From assembly GCA_004022145.1 (NCBI GenBank), contig RCNU01000001.1: 64,000 nt of DNA. The stretch is one strand, 5' to 3'. Under the pieces are notes generated by a model. That model did not search any database and was not told the DNA's origin. It was given only the letters and a program-made list of their open reading frames with translations. Position 1 is the first letter of the stretch, and each line of letters starts with the position of its first letter. A program made the position numbers and the translations under genes. Positions 1-12,744 of the stretch are shown one piece after another. The stretch comes from Paecilomyces variotii. Lineage: Eukaryota.

Positions 1-2210
1 TGATGTCGTCCCTGGTGATATTTGGTTGAGCGTCTACCATAGGGGGTGTGAAGCTTTTCAGGCCCGCTTCGACTGCAGCAACCATTTGGTCGTATGTGAT
101 GCTTGGCTCATGTCGCGGCTGGTAGGCTTTCAAGCCTTCGGAGAGACATTCGAGAATCTCGTCGCGTTCCAATCCGAAATTTTGAAGTTCGATCTCTGGC
201 TTGTAGGTTTCCCAGGCTTCCCTAACGGCCTCAAGTATGTCTTCCTTCTCTATTCCAGATGATGGAGGCTCAGAAGCTGCCAGTTGCGACAATGGCAATT
301 CGGACAGAGCGTTCTTCACCGCGTTGTAGACATCAGTGCTGTCTACACTTCCTCGAGAGACCTCAGACGACAACGATTCTCTTCGGTTCTCTCGAATCAT
401 GTACGTCATGTGCTCTCTCAATTCCGCGAGACTATTTTCCACGATGGCTGCAATCTCCTCTTTGTTTGGGCCCGTTGGCTGTCCGGCCTCCGCCGTTCGC
501 AAAGCCTCAGCTTCTTCGAGCTTTCGGGCGATGTCTCTGCCCATCCCCAGAACCTCACCACGTAGTTCCCGGACGAGGGCCTTGACTTCGTTGGTGAGAC
601 CTCCTCCCTCGACCACGCTGTTCTTCAGCCTCTTTAGGAGATCCATTATTTCTCCAGGCAGAACATTGTTGCCGGGTGTCAACGAGTTCCCATCAAGAGT
701 GCCTTCTCCGGAATGGACCTGGATCCTACCCTCGAGTCCGGAGCCGGCTGGCCGGACAGAGGGGGAGAGAGATCTTGATCGGCTACCTGGTTGAGGAGGA
801 TTGTCGCTTAGGCCTGCCACGACCCTCGAGCGAACAAGAGCACGGGTTCCAGATTCGTCCTTTACCAGGTTAAGAATCTCCTCGAGCATCTTGGTTATCG
901 TCTTATCGGCGTCCTTGTCAGCTTCATTCTTCGTTGGCCTGGACTTGATCTCATCCACAAGCTCGATCAGCTTCTCCTGTCCCTCTTGCGTAGCCATTTC
1001 ACGCAAAACCTTCTCCAGGAGAGCAATGCTGGCGGAACCATCCGAGATAGGCGCGGGAGACCCGCACAATTCCCTCTCCATGGCGGCGGCAAAACTATTC
1101 GGAGTGGGTATTCGGGGAAGCGTGTAGCTTTTCCTTGAGCTTGGGGAACTGTCGTATGCTCTATTATCAATCATGTAACCAGGGCAGATGTGGGTAGAAT
1201 GTGCTGACCTTCCTGCTGCTTCCGGATCCAGGAGCTTTGAGCTTATGTTGTTTGCCAGCTCGCGGAGGCTCTTCCTGATGTCCTCATCTCGGGCATTAGT
1301 GGCCGCCTTGAGACTGATCAGATCCGTAGCATTGTCCTTGCTACGGCGGCTCAACTGGGCCATCTCTCGCTGCAGGTTGGTTGCAATACTGGTGAGACTC
1401 AAGATCTGTGTTGAAAGAGCATCGAACGTCTGGCTGGGTAAGCTGCTGCTGTTATTGCTGCTGCTGCTGTTACCCCCAGATGTGTTCGTGCCATTCGAAG
1501 GCGCAGGCTCGTTCTCGCCTGGGAGCTTCATGTTCTGGAGAGCCAACATCGTAGCAGATGGAGGTGTATTCTCTCCCAGGATGGGCTTTGACAGGAACCG
1601 GTTGGATATCCGGAATGACGGAGTCTCGTTGTCTGAGTCCCGGTTTGACGAGCCCGGCCGGGTGGGAGTCTTCTCCACTGCTTTATCAGCGTTATCGAAG
1701 ACAGATGCGCGCGACGGCCTCTCGGGAGACCGACTCTCCAGGTAGCTGCGAAACTCCGCTCGAGGGTCACCGCTCTGCTGCGCGAAACTCTGCATCCGCT
1801 TGTGATACTGCCCCTTGATGAGCGACTTCTCCGGCGACGTTGGCTTCAACGGCATCGGGTTGGTCGTGTATGAACTGGGAGCATTTTCACGCATCTTCTC
1901 GGTTAGACCTGCTGCAACAGCCTGGATGTTGGGCGATACATTTGATCGCGTAGTCGGGCTGCCACCAGGGTTGAGAGGGAGAGGGGGAGGAGCTCTATCT
2001 GGATCTGAGCTGTCCCACCTGCGTGTTTCCAAGCACTCAATGTCAGTATGGCTCAGATGAAGCAATCCAAAGAAAAGCTTAAAATGAGGGATATCATCCT
2101 CTGTTTACATACATAGGAACCGAGGATCGACCACTTTCTGAGTGCGAGTGTTGGTGATGTCTGACGACCAGTTCGCGGTCGCGCGAACCTTCCCTTTCAT
2201 GCGACGGCAT
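1..2210 (-). CDS. Large conserved fungal coiled-coil protein (homologs often annotated 'chromosome segregation ATPase family'); 5' part only, continues past the window start
   Basis: ATG at 2210 (MPSHEREGSRD...), GT-AG intron 2112-2019 with CTGAC branch, then MWDSSDPDRAPPPLPLNP...LQREMAQLSRRSKDNATDL...SIALLEKVLREM. The frame appears to run off the window, which would explain its absence from the ORF track. The product name is from recollection of homologs. Confidence 0.7.
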
Positions 2211-3004
2211 GGTGATGATGTAATATTCTTATCTGTGATTCCCTTACTGTCTGTCGATGTGATTTCAAAGTTGTTGCTGGAATGCGGGGCGGAATGTCGA
2301 TTTGTTCAATTTCAAGGACGATTAAGCAATTAAAAACAACACAACTGGGGGCATAACGGGTCGTTAGATCAAACCAAGGTCAATAATAGGACAACCGGAC
2401 ACACAAGACTGTCCGTGTCGAGGAAGGAGATATCCTGCTCCTGCAAGCTGCGGTTGAAACAGTTTCACGAGCAGGCCGTGCCTTGACAATGAATATAAGG
2501 AAAACAAGCCAGTGGAGTTTATAGTAAGCAAAGTACGGTAGGTTATGGGGCGGTGACGACGCCAGCCGAACCACCGTCGTACACATGGAGATCGAGGGGG
2601 ACCATAATAATAGTGGTCAACTTTCGTAGCAACGAGCAACGACGGCGTTGCCCGGTAAACAAAGCTATCTACTGTAGTCTGTGAGATACATCACGGGCTA
2701 GACTAGCGCCTTCTTTTCCCCGGGTTCTGAAGGCGGTGAGCAGAAGGCGGTGAGCCAAACCCGCCAGGTTCCGCCTTCGGAGCCTTGCCCAATGGAGAAA
2801 CTTTCGCTTTCCAGTCTGGCGTCCAGCCATCGGTAAGCCGGCCAATCATCGGAGCGCACACAAATCGTCTTGCCCTACGCCCTCCGTCCACTGCTCACAA
2901 GCGAAAAAAGACGTCGAACGCGGAGAACCACACCTGAACGACCGAACTTCCATCGACAACCACCCCCCCGTACGACCTCGCTGCCGCCTACCGGGACTTT
3001 CACA

Positions 3005-3852
3005 ATGAAGTGTGAGTGTTCAATGCGATCAGGACTATATTGCTATCGAGAACTTGCAATACTGATGCTGTTGCAATAGTCATGAAAGTGGGCCGTGTGG
3101 CCATCATCACCCGAGGCCGCTATGCCGGCAAGAAGGTACGACAACTTCCTTTGAATTCCCTTGTTTTTTGGGCGATCGGACATATGCGGAGATCAGCTGG
3201 ATGGGAAAAGAGGTGGAAAAGACGTGGAATGGACGAGCTCTTCTCCATTATGAAAGAGGAATCTTCGACTGCGGACATGTTTTACGGACTGGCCGGGGCA
3301 CAAAAAAAGGAAAATGAGGATATCCGATAGGGAAATAAGGAGCCCAGGGCTGCGTGGAGGACATTGATTTCTCACATCACGTTCAAAGAGACGTACAGAA
3401 TTGCTGACATGGGCACTTTTTCGCGCACGTTCAGGTCGTCATCATCCAGCCCTACGACGCTGGTTCCAAGTCGCACCCCTTCTCCTACGCTCTCGTTGCC
3501 GGTATCGAGCGCTACCCCCTGAAGGTCACCCGCCGCATGGGACAGAAGAAGATTGAGAAGCGCAGCCGCATCAAGCCCTTCATCAAGGTCGTCAACTACA
3601 ACCACCTGATGCCCACTCGCTACACTCTCGAGCTCGAGGGCCTCAAGGGTGTTGTCACCCAGGACACCTTCAAGGAGGTCTCTCAGCGCGAGGACGCCAA
3701 GAAGACCATCAAGAAGGCTCTGGAGGACCGATACACCAGCGGCAAGAACAGATGGTTCTTCACTCCTCTGCGTAAGTTGGGGTCCTTTTCTTGCTTTTCT
3801 TTCATGCAAGTCCAGAATTAGCGCGCTAACTTGACTTGTTATAGGTTTCTAA
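3005..3852 (+). CDS. RPL27: 60S ribosomal protein L27 (eL27)
   Basis: Spliced [25 protein letters not shown]...[18 protein letters not shown]...[12 protein letters not shown]; introns about 3012-3078, 3137-3434, 3772-3844. Confidence 0.97.
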
Positions 3853-4565
3853 ACGGGATACTCCGGGGTTACGGGTGTTGTCGTTTTGAAGGCGCAGGGT
3901 CCGAGGTGAGGTGAAGAGGAAGCAACGAGCCCTCGAGCATCTCCAATTCTCGTGCATGGCAACAAAGATCCGGAAAAAGCGACATGATTAGAAAGGGAAA
4001 GGGTTTTTATACCATGGCTGGAGAACGGGATTGGAGGGATGGTGCTCGATGGCCACCAAGTCCCGGGACTTGGGGGGCTTGGTAACTTTGCCGGAAGATA
4101 ATCTTTCTTTTGTTATGAGGGAAGCCGTTAAGATCTGGCGTCTGTCTCGAATGAAATGAAAAAAGCAAATACCAACCACATTTCCTGCCTTCCAGAGACT
4201 TCCAAAACAGACTATATCTTAAAGCCACAGCCCGGTTCGTTTTGTCATGCACATAGACCAGGACCACAGCCACGACTTGTTATGAGCTCACGTATATATT
4301 CCACATCTTCGAATAACTCTCACGCACTCATATCCCGTCGCCCAACATCATATACACACTACACTACATGACAGTATCGTCACCAAAAGAGGACCCGAAA
4401 ACCCACTCTCTCAACCAGCGATCCAGGTACACCAATTACTATCACATCCCCATCTCGACATCATATCCCACACAGCAACAACTATTCCAGCTCTTCGCAG
4501 ACGTAGATGAATGAAAACTTCCAAGGAAATCTCACTGAGAAATTAGCTACCTACCCGTGACCAGG

Positions 4566-4587
4566 TAGCTAGCTAGCTAGCTAGCTA
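4566..4587. repeat. (TAGC)n microsatellite
   Basis: tagctagctagctagctagcta. Confidence 0.85.
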
Positions 4588-4841
4588 TGGATGAAATCAG
4601 CAGCCCGGATATCATGAGTAACGATTTCTGATAAGTTAATCATTGATAGTTACAAATCCGTAGTTGTCGTTGAAGATTGTAGTAGATACTAGTTATCAAC
4701 TAATATCAACTAAGTAAGTAAGTAATAACTATCGGATCTAGTTGAGGTAGTTAGGAGTAGATGGCTCAGTAATTGGAAATCGGGCGAGGGAATGGTATTA
4801 TCTGAAGAAGCAAATCTCAGAATGAGATGAAGACTGTCACT

Positions 4842-4913
4842 GGTCGGTTGGTCTAGTGGTATGACGTCTCCTTTACACGGAGAAAATCGGCGGTTCGATC
4901 CCGTCACCGATCA
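4842..4913 (+). tRNA. tRNA-Val(TAC), intronless
   Basis: Acceptor stem GGTCGGT/ACCGATC, D-arm TGGTCTAGTGG, anticodon stem TCTCC/GGAGA with loop TTTACAC, T-loop GGTTCGATCC. Confidence 0.95.
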
Positions 4914-4936
4914 TTTTTGTTTTTTTGTTGTTTTTT
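4914..4936 (+). terminator. RNA polymerase III terminator (oligo-T) of tRNA-Val
   Basis: TTTTTGTTTTTTTGTTGTTTTTT immediately after the tRNA 3' end. Confidence 0.8.
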
Positions 4937-6069
4937 CTCCGAACGGAAGGCTTTTTTTATCAAACGTCGTGTATGTGTATAGATAGAGATAGTTGCTTCC
5001 AATAAGGTCTAGTATTGATTATTCTCTTGACTATTGATTGTACTTTCTTTTCCCATGTCTTTTTCTGCATTGGATGGCCTTTCTTTTTGCGGCGCAGCAT
5101 ACTAAGAAACATATAGATCGGAAGGCATCAAGGTCCGGTTGCCTGGCCAGGTTTGGTAGAGTCGTAAATCATTCGACTACTATCGTTCGATTCTCGCCTA
5201 GGGGGCGATCCTTTCTGAGAGAAGCCCCGTGCGCGGTTCTGGAGTGAAATGTTGGGGGCAGAATCCAGACAACTATCTGCGTCCTTCGTGATGCGATGCA
5301 TTGCATGCATCGGCTGTCGATATTGGAAATCGGTCTTTCAGTAACCCCGTATCTGGGCCAATGATACCGTGTGATGCATGTTAAATGTCCTACTCGAACC
5401 TGCGGTTGAAGTCATAGCGCGGGGTTAGACGGGTCTGGGGAGGAGGGGAAATATACACTGGGGGTTTCCCCTGGGCCCTGGCAAAGATAAATCTAACGTT
5501 ACCAGGATTGCTTCACCGGGGTGCGGTAGGTCTAGATCCGAACTCCCCGCAGACAATAGAGCATCTGGAGCGATGGGAATCTTTCCCGCTTGCATTATCT
5601 GTTGAATTGAGTTTTGGGGGCTTGAGTGTCAATAGTTCGTGGCAGGCTGCAAGAGGGTATCATGGACTCCGTTGAGGACGCGGCGACCGACTATCTTAGG
5701 CGGACGTGGCGAAAGAATGCTGCGACGTCAGCTTCTTTTTAATCCTGGACATATGTACTTGGGGAGTGCATATGTATCGTTCTTTGACGGCGTTGTAATC
5801 CCGGGGCATCCGTCTTTCGCCATCTGATGCGCGCGCGGTGTTGAAGCTCATTCTTTCTACTACTCCATGGATCATTGAAGCGCATGCATCGAGCGGGGAA
5901 ACGCAGAAGTCTTTGCTCCTTTGCGGCTGAGATTCACATGGGAATCTACTCCGTACAACAGCCGATGAGGTTGGTCTGTGGGTGATCGACTAGCGGACTA
6001 TGTATCGAATATATCATGCCACTGGCCCCGACACCTTAATTGGTCTCCATAGTACGGAGTCCGGGTTAG

Positions 6070-6410
6070 ATGAATAGGGCTATCCATTATTGGACAGAAT
6101 GTATTGTTTTGTTTCTTGCAGCCTGGCAGTTGATAATCACGACCGCAACGGCCGTGCCAGTGCCATGGCGCTTGGTTCGTGATAGCGACACTCGTCGGGA
6201 CCAACAAGGTCAGACTGATGAGCTGTTCCCATCCGCGACAGACTCGTATTGGTAGCACAGTGCACCAGTTCCGCTAATAACGCGGCTTCGCGGGTGTTGA
6301 TAACTGGTGACCGTGCAATGGCGTTTTGTCGCCCAGCAGGATATTATTATTCTCCTCAACCTCTAGCCCAACCAAGAAACGTGATCCAACTTACTGGGGG
6401 AGTGAACTAG
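6070..6410 (+). CDS. Candidate small secreted peptide precursor
   Basis: ORF 6070-6255 begins with a signal-peptide-like segment (CIVLFLAAWQLIITTATA-VPVP) followed by a dibasic RR; a possible intron 6209-6339 would give a stop at 6410. Confidence 0.3.
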
Positions 6411-7587
6411 CAGGGATGCATGTCACCTTTTTTTCAACAAACAGTGCGGCCAGAGCCTCGAGCGACCCTGCTGTGCAGACAGTTGAATATCTAAGCGCGA
6501 CGGGCGGATCAGCTATTGCATCGTATACTTTCGGATCAGAATTGCTAGGTTTTGCCCGTGACGCAAACACGGGTGATCATGACGAGACTACTCGAGAGGG
6601 TTGAACTTGAACCTGATCGATTTGAACGCTGCATCGAGGGTGTTACCATGTTTGGGAATAGAGTCTGAATGTACGAAGGAAGCATTGTCCAGGCCGGCCG
6701 GGAGAAAGAAAAGAAAGAATCAAACCAGAAGCTTTTGCCATCGATGATCGGGGCTGGGATATAATAATTAGACGGAATGGTTGACAGGAAGCATCCCGAA
6801 AGGGGGTGGCCGAAAACGCTTGGCTTGGCCCGCAATCACATGTGAATGACACACCACCTTCTTCTTTTTTCTATCAAAGCTTTCGATAACAGATCAGATT
6901 CCACGGTTTGCCACTGCAACAACACCATCAGTTTTATTCGACTGAAGCAGAAGGCGAATATGTTGGCAGAGGTGATATAATAACTAATACCTGGGTGAGA
7001 TATTAGCTTGCTGGAGGACGAGTTGACGGCCCTTTGAAGCCGTTGAACAAGATTCTGCATGTGCGGGCCAGCTTCAGCATTGGCCTCTGGCAAATGCAAT
7101 CCAAGATTGCGCCCGGGAGACGAACAGTGCAGACTAAGTCGAGTAACTACCTTGAATTAAACTAGTTGGAGTCGGTTAGTAGTAGTTAGTTATGGTACTA
7201 CTATAAGTAACAAGTTACAAGTTACCAGTTAGTTACTACAGTAGAGTAACTGACTAAGTTATCAGTCTACCATATTATTATTATCAGCTCCACCACTGCC
7301 CACAATCACATGTCAGCCTGGCACTTCCCGGACGCAGCACACCATCGCTGATTGGCCCGCAGGAAGCTGTCGCGACAGCTGCGACTTATCTCGAATGCTT
7401 GCGGTTTCCCTTCCCGGTCTGACGCCTCGTTATTAACCGCCTTCGTGTCCCCCGTTGCTGCTGGTCGAGATTGAAAAGAAAAAAGAAAAAAAGAAGAGAA
7501 AAAAAAAGCCATAATTCAGTCATACGTTGTCGTGCTCCCATCATCCCTGTCAGACATCAAGAGAGTACAACGAGTATCTTCCTCTAC

Positions 7588-7632
7588 CTACTACTTACTA
7601 CCACTACTACTACTACCACTACTACCACCGCC
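7588..7632. repeat. (ACT/ACC)n trinucleotide microsatellite in the CAP20 leader
   Basis: ctactacttactaccactactactactaccactactaccaccgcc. Confidence 0.7.
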
Positions 7633-7899
7633 ATCTTATCTAGGCACACACAAGCAAGTAAGTACGTCAGACCGGGAAGTGGACATGCTGCACCCGCTTA
7701 CCAACTTCCCTACTTACCTTAACTACCTACTACTTAGTTACCCCCCTCGTCCTCCTCCCTCCTCCTGGCCCGCATTGCTCTTATCACTTCCATCCCTCCA
7801 GATCCGCTGTCTGCTCATCCGACCGCTCAGCGTAGATACTGAGATCTCAAGGCTGACAACTCCCAGTCGTCCAGTTTCAAAGCTCTCACGTCCATCTTC

Positions 7900-8547
7900 A
7901 TGCCCCACGCAGTGAACAACGGCACCATGGGCGAACCCGCAGTCAACGGCGAGAAGATCCATTCTCAATTCCTTAACGTGAGTACCTTCTTCTCCCAATT
8001 GTATCACGGGTTACTGTTCTTGGTTCGGTCCTGCTGACATATTTCTCGCTCACAGCACCTGACATCCTACCCGGTCGTTTCAGATTCCATCGCAACCCTT
8101 AAGAGCAACAAGTACGCCGCCAAGTCATTGGACTTCGCCGACCAGGGTTACAACCGCTTCGCAAAGCCCGTCCTTCCCTATTTCTCCAAGCCCTATGAAT
8201 ATGTCGCTCCCTACATCAACAAGGCCGATGCTTTTGGAGACCAGGGCCTGAACAAGGTCGATCAGAGGTTCCCTATCATCAAGGAGGATACGGAGAAGAT
8301 CAGGGACACCATTGTCGACAGTGCCTTCTTCCCCCTCAAGCTCGTGGGCGACATCAAGCAGCACGTCTTCGAACTGTACGGCTCAGAATACAAGAAATGC
8401 GGCGGAGATGGCCTCGTGGCCAGCGGCAAGGCCGCCATCACCACCAGCCTCCTCCTCTCCCAGGAGTCGCTGGGCCTGTTGAGCGCCTACTTGGGTGCGA
8501 AGAAGGAACAGGCCAAAGATGCGACTGCCGAGAAGCTCAACAACTAG
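7900..8547 (+). CDS. CAP20: Perilipin-like lipid-droplet protein (CAP20/MPL1 family)
   Basis: MPHAVNNGTMGEPAVNGEKIHSQFLN|intron about 7978-8056|HLTSYPVVSDSI...AKPVLPYFSKPYEYVAPYINKAD...VDQRFPIIKE; probable 5'UTR intron 7658-7866. Confidence 0.85.
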
Positions 8548-9834
8548 ATCGGTCATGAGGCCCACGGGGGAAACTTTCGTGGAAGCGTCCCTGGTCCGTG
8601 TTCGTCCCACTTGCCACGACCTCATAAGATAAGACTTGCTTCCCTCCGTTCTGTGTGCGGCTAGCTGGAGTGGGTTGCGACGGTTGGGTGAACTTGTTCT
8701 TTTCTCTTAGCGGGAGTTCTAATCTGTGATACTGAACATTGCATTCCTCGTTTCCTCGTCCTGGTCCAGTACTGGCTTCCTCTCCGTCCTTCGTCCCTTT
8801 CGACCTCGCTCGAATCGCTTCTGTTTGTGTGTTTGGATATATATAGCCTGGCTTCCTATTTTTCTTTGTTATCGGTCATACTGTGCTCTGCTCCATTCCT
8901 GGGTTTTCTTTTCCTCGTCTTTGGCACTTGTATTTTCGACTCGACAATAAAATACCCTTCATCCGACGAACCAGAGTCCCTCTACGCGGTTTCTCAGGTT
9001 GACTCGACCGTTCAGAACCGATGAAGTCTTCACCCCAACGGCATCCGAGAAACCGGCAGGAAGTAACTACTATACTACTCTTATCTACTATTCCGTGCTA
9101 TTCTTGGATCGACCAGTCGAATCAGCTAGACACTGACAGCCCTGCCTAAAATGGTATAGTGTGTCGCTCTGATTCTTGATTCAGAAACGAAGCTCTCGCC
9201 CTATCAAGCGACAGAAAAGATCTCCAAAATAGTATAACCACATTCCTTTCCAACGCTGTTTATAACAATAAGGACCAGAAATCTCCTTTTTCCTTGCTAG
9301 CAGTTCAAGGGGAAGCCAATACCTACTGCAAAGGGGTGACAATCATAAGCTACCTAGTTAACCAAATACAAAACCTGCGTAGATTAATTACATGATAATA
9401 AGATCCATCCCATCCTACTACTCCGTACCTTGTTGTTTGTGTTCCTACCCAATCTGGTAATGATCGGGTGAATCGACTGACGATCTGAAACCCTTCTTTT
9501 CTCGGGGACGGCAGAGGCTGGGCAGTGGGGCGGTCCAGTAATAATAATACCTTCGACTCTAGTATTATTATTCTTTCGTTGAAAACTATGTACAAAAAAC
9601 ATTGGATACCCACTTTAATATTGTGTCTGCCTAATTGCCGGGCAAGCAATATTAACCATTGTACTGCTCAATTCAATCCCGTTCGAGTCAATTGATGTTG
9701 ACTGGCTTCCCTGGTGGAAATCTCGCAGTCAATCAAGGATCTTCGAAAGGGGGTTTCTACCTTTGGAAAAGGCGAAGTCATTGTCCTTAAAGCCAGATAA
9801 GCTTCAATTCGTGGTCAACGGTTCTTCTTAGAGG

Positions 9835-11578
9835 ATGTCGTCCAAACCGCTAAATGGCAAGCATCTTGCTGCCGATATCGAATTCATACCGACTCCCCCC
9901 CCTGCGCCAGACACGTTTGCTACGAGCGAAGATGTTGGAGTGAAGATCACCAAGGTAAGTGCCTCTGAACCACCTATTGTTCTATTTGACCAAGCTGATG
10001 GGCAGTGGTAATTTCAAAAAGTCACCGGCGATTCACAATGCTCCCTTACCTGCGGACGGTCCCGGATATGAAAACTGGTCCAACATCAAGTTGGCTGTGG
10101 CTCTCGTGGGTGTGCCGACAGTCCTGGCACGCCTGGTTGGCGGTGGATTCAAGACGACCATCGCCGTCGGTCTGGTTACCACTGTGCCCGTCCTCATGGC
10201 ATTCTGGACCGTGATGTCGACCAAGAGCCGCCCACTCAACAACAAGGTCAAGCTGCCGGGCCGTCCCGTGGAGTATTACTTGACGTTCAAGAAGGAGTCG
10301 GACCGGAAAAAGTGGCATGGACAGAACAAAATCCCATTGCAGACCTTTTACGAACTATACTTCAACGGGGATGTTGACTTTAACGGAGACACTCTCAATG
10401 CTATGGAATACCGACATGATTGGGCCACATTTGGCTTCACGCTTGACCTCTTTCGCTACATCCTGTTTACGTTTGCGCTCGACGTTCTGTTCCACACTCA
10501 GTCGCAGGACGAAGAACAAGTCCGTCCCAACTACGATAGCGGTAATGATCACTATGCCTACTTTCTCGGCCCTCGGATGATCTACACGAGCGGCATCATC
10601 GGTGACACCACGAGGGAGGAGACGCTCGAAGAATTGCAAGACAACAAGATGGCGATAGTCTGTGAGAAGATCGGGCTTAAGGAAGGGGAAACCCTCTTAG
10701 ATATCGGCTGCGGTTGGGGAACATTGGCCAGGTTCGCGAGTCTTAATTACGGTGCAAAGGTTACTGGTGTCACACTCGCCCGTAACCAGACAGAATGGGG
10801 TAACGATGGCCTGAAGAACGCTGGAATTCCTGAAGAACAAAGCAAAATACTGTGCATGGACTACCGTGAGATTCCCCGAACCACCAAGTTCAACAAAATC
10901 ACGCAGCTGGAGATGGCGGAGCACGTTGGCGTTCGCAGACTTACAACCTTCTTCCGTCAATGCTATGACATGCTTGAAGATGACGGTGTCATGTACGTGC
11001 AACTCTCTGGACTGAGAAAGGCCTGGCAGTACGAAGACTTCATCTGGGGACTGTTCTTGAACAAACACATCTTCCGTGGTGCGGATGCTTCGACGCCTCT
11101 TGCATACTACGTCAGCTGCCTCGAGGCTGCTGGATTTGAGATTAAGGGGTAAGCACTGATCAACAGTTGGATTTCATAGGGTACACGGATGCTGACTTCG
11201 ACATTGAAAATAGTGTTGACACTGTCGGTGTTCATTATTCGGCTACTCTCTGGAGATGGTACAGAAACTGGCTCGGAAATGCCGAAAAAGTCAAAGCTAC
11301 TTATGGTCAGAGATGGTTTAGGGTAAGTAAACATTGCGATTGTCTTGTGATTTTGCTACTGGGACAGAAGCTGATATTGGCTTTTAATTCAGATTTGGGA
11401 GCTTTTCTTGGCCTACTCCACCATTGCTTCGCGCCAGGGTTCTGCTACCTGTTTCCAGATCGTTGTCGTGAAGAATCTCAACACTACTCAACGTATTGAC
11501 GGAGTCGACACGCAAGCTGGCCTCCATGGCCATCTGGCAGCAAGCAAGGCAGCTGGCAAGGCGAGACTTGCAGAGTAA
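9835..11578 (+). CDS. Sphingolipid C9-methyltransferase (cyclopropane fatty acid synthase-like SAM-dependent methyltransferase)
   Basis: NAPLPADGPG N-terminus with TM segments, YD-GND-Y..FLGPRMIYTSG, SAM motif LLDIGCGWG, EMAEHVG, VGVHYSATLWRWYRNW; 3 introns (9955-10021, about 11149-11213, about 11323-11391). Confidence 0.92.
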
Positions 11579-12744
11579 ACGGACAGCGTAGCAACGCCGG
11601 GCCCTGCAATGCTGTGCATTGGCAGTAGAGCGCAAGGACAGTGAAAATGAGTATAGTCGCCCCGACCCTTCAACCGACTCGACCACCAGCGACTGTTCTC
11701 GTCGCTGCATTAGCACGTCCTGTACCAACAACGCGAAAGGAAGCGAATTATTTTTTTGAACGCAATTGTTTCATTTAACGATAGTTAGCTACCAGTGTTC
11801 ACGGCCCGCATCTGCGGCAATGGAGCTTGGTCGCACAAGCCGAAGCCAAGAAGACGGACATCATTTCACGAATTCTGCCTGTATTCTGCATGCATCTTGT
11901 TCATCTCATGACTGTCAACGGCAAAAGTTATCATTGTTAGAAATATTATTACTATTAGCAACAGCGGCACTTGCGACTTTTCCATCGACTGACTACCCAC
12001 AAAAGGCATGTTCATACGACAACCCCGACTTCGCAGGCCCGAGATAGGATCAAGACCATTTTATGAGGCATCATTTAGACCTATCACAGCTATGGAAGAG
12101 ATTAACGAAGCAATCATGTGGCCGCAAATAAAAAGGATAAATGTACCAGAGTCACCTGAGGCCTTTCTTCGCTATACTTTGCCGAACCTCACCACGACGA
12201 CGAATCAGAACACAGGGGGAAATACGATCCTGCGTTGACTAGTTACGACTAGATCCCGATCCTATACTAGCACGATGAAATCGAACTGCAGGCGGGGATC
12301 CCAGTTATCCGTTAGGATTTCCTCGAAGTTTACCCGTACCCCATATTATCCAAGAAATTGTCCAGGACAGTTGACTTTGCGGGGAGCCATGTGCGGACAA
12401 TGTTCTCCATTTGGAGCCTAAGCCGATCCGAAAAGGTCCACGGGACGGCATAACCTAACTATGTAGTATTATGCTACTAGTATACTTGGGGTTTTAGAGG
12501 AATTGTCAACAGTGATTTTCAGCCTCGGACAATTCCATTTTTGCCTAGACGGAGAAACTGCAAGAAGATGGATGGTTCCAAGATAAGCTATTGTGGCCCC
12601 GATTTCGGTGCTGGGTTGCGCAGGGCTGCATTGTGCTTGCTTCTTGTGTATTTCTTGGGCGCCTTTTCTTCGATTATCCAGGGTCTAAGAGAAAGAGGGA
12701 GAAAAGCAGGCACAGTCAGCTATCTAGCTGCTCTATAGTTGACC

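Noticed and set aside
1150..1208. Apparent GT...AG intron in the first gene
   Set aside because: The frame reads through without stops (RSAHSTHICPGYMIDNRAYDS), so no intron is needed
336..2060. Plus-strand ORFs (152, 108, 185 aa; poly-Leu)
   Set aside because: Antisense to the real minus-strand gene; the poly-Leu is the complement of a Ser/Asn repeat
3137..3434. Possible snoRNA in the long RPL27 intron
   Set aside because: No convincing C (RUGAUGA) and D box pair or H/ACA architecture seen
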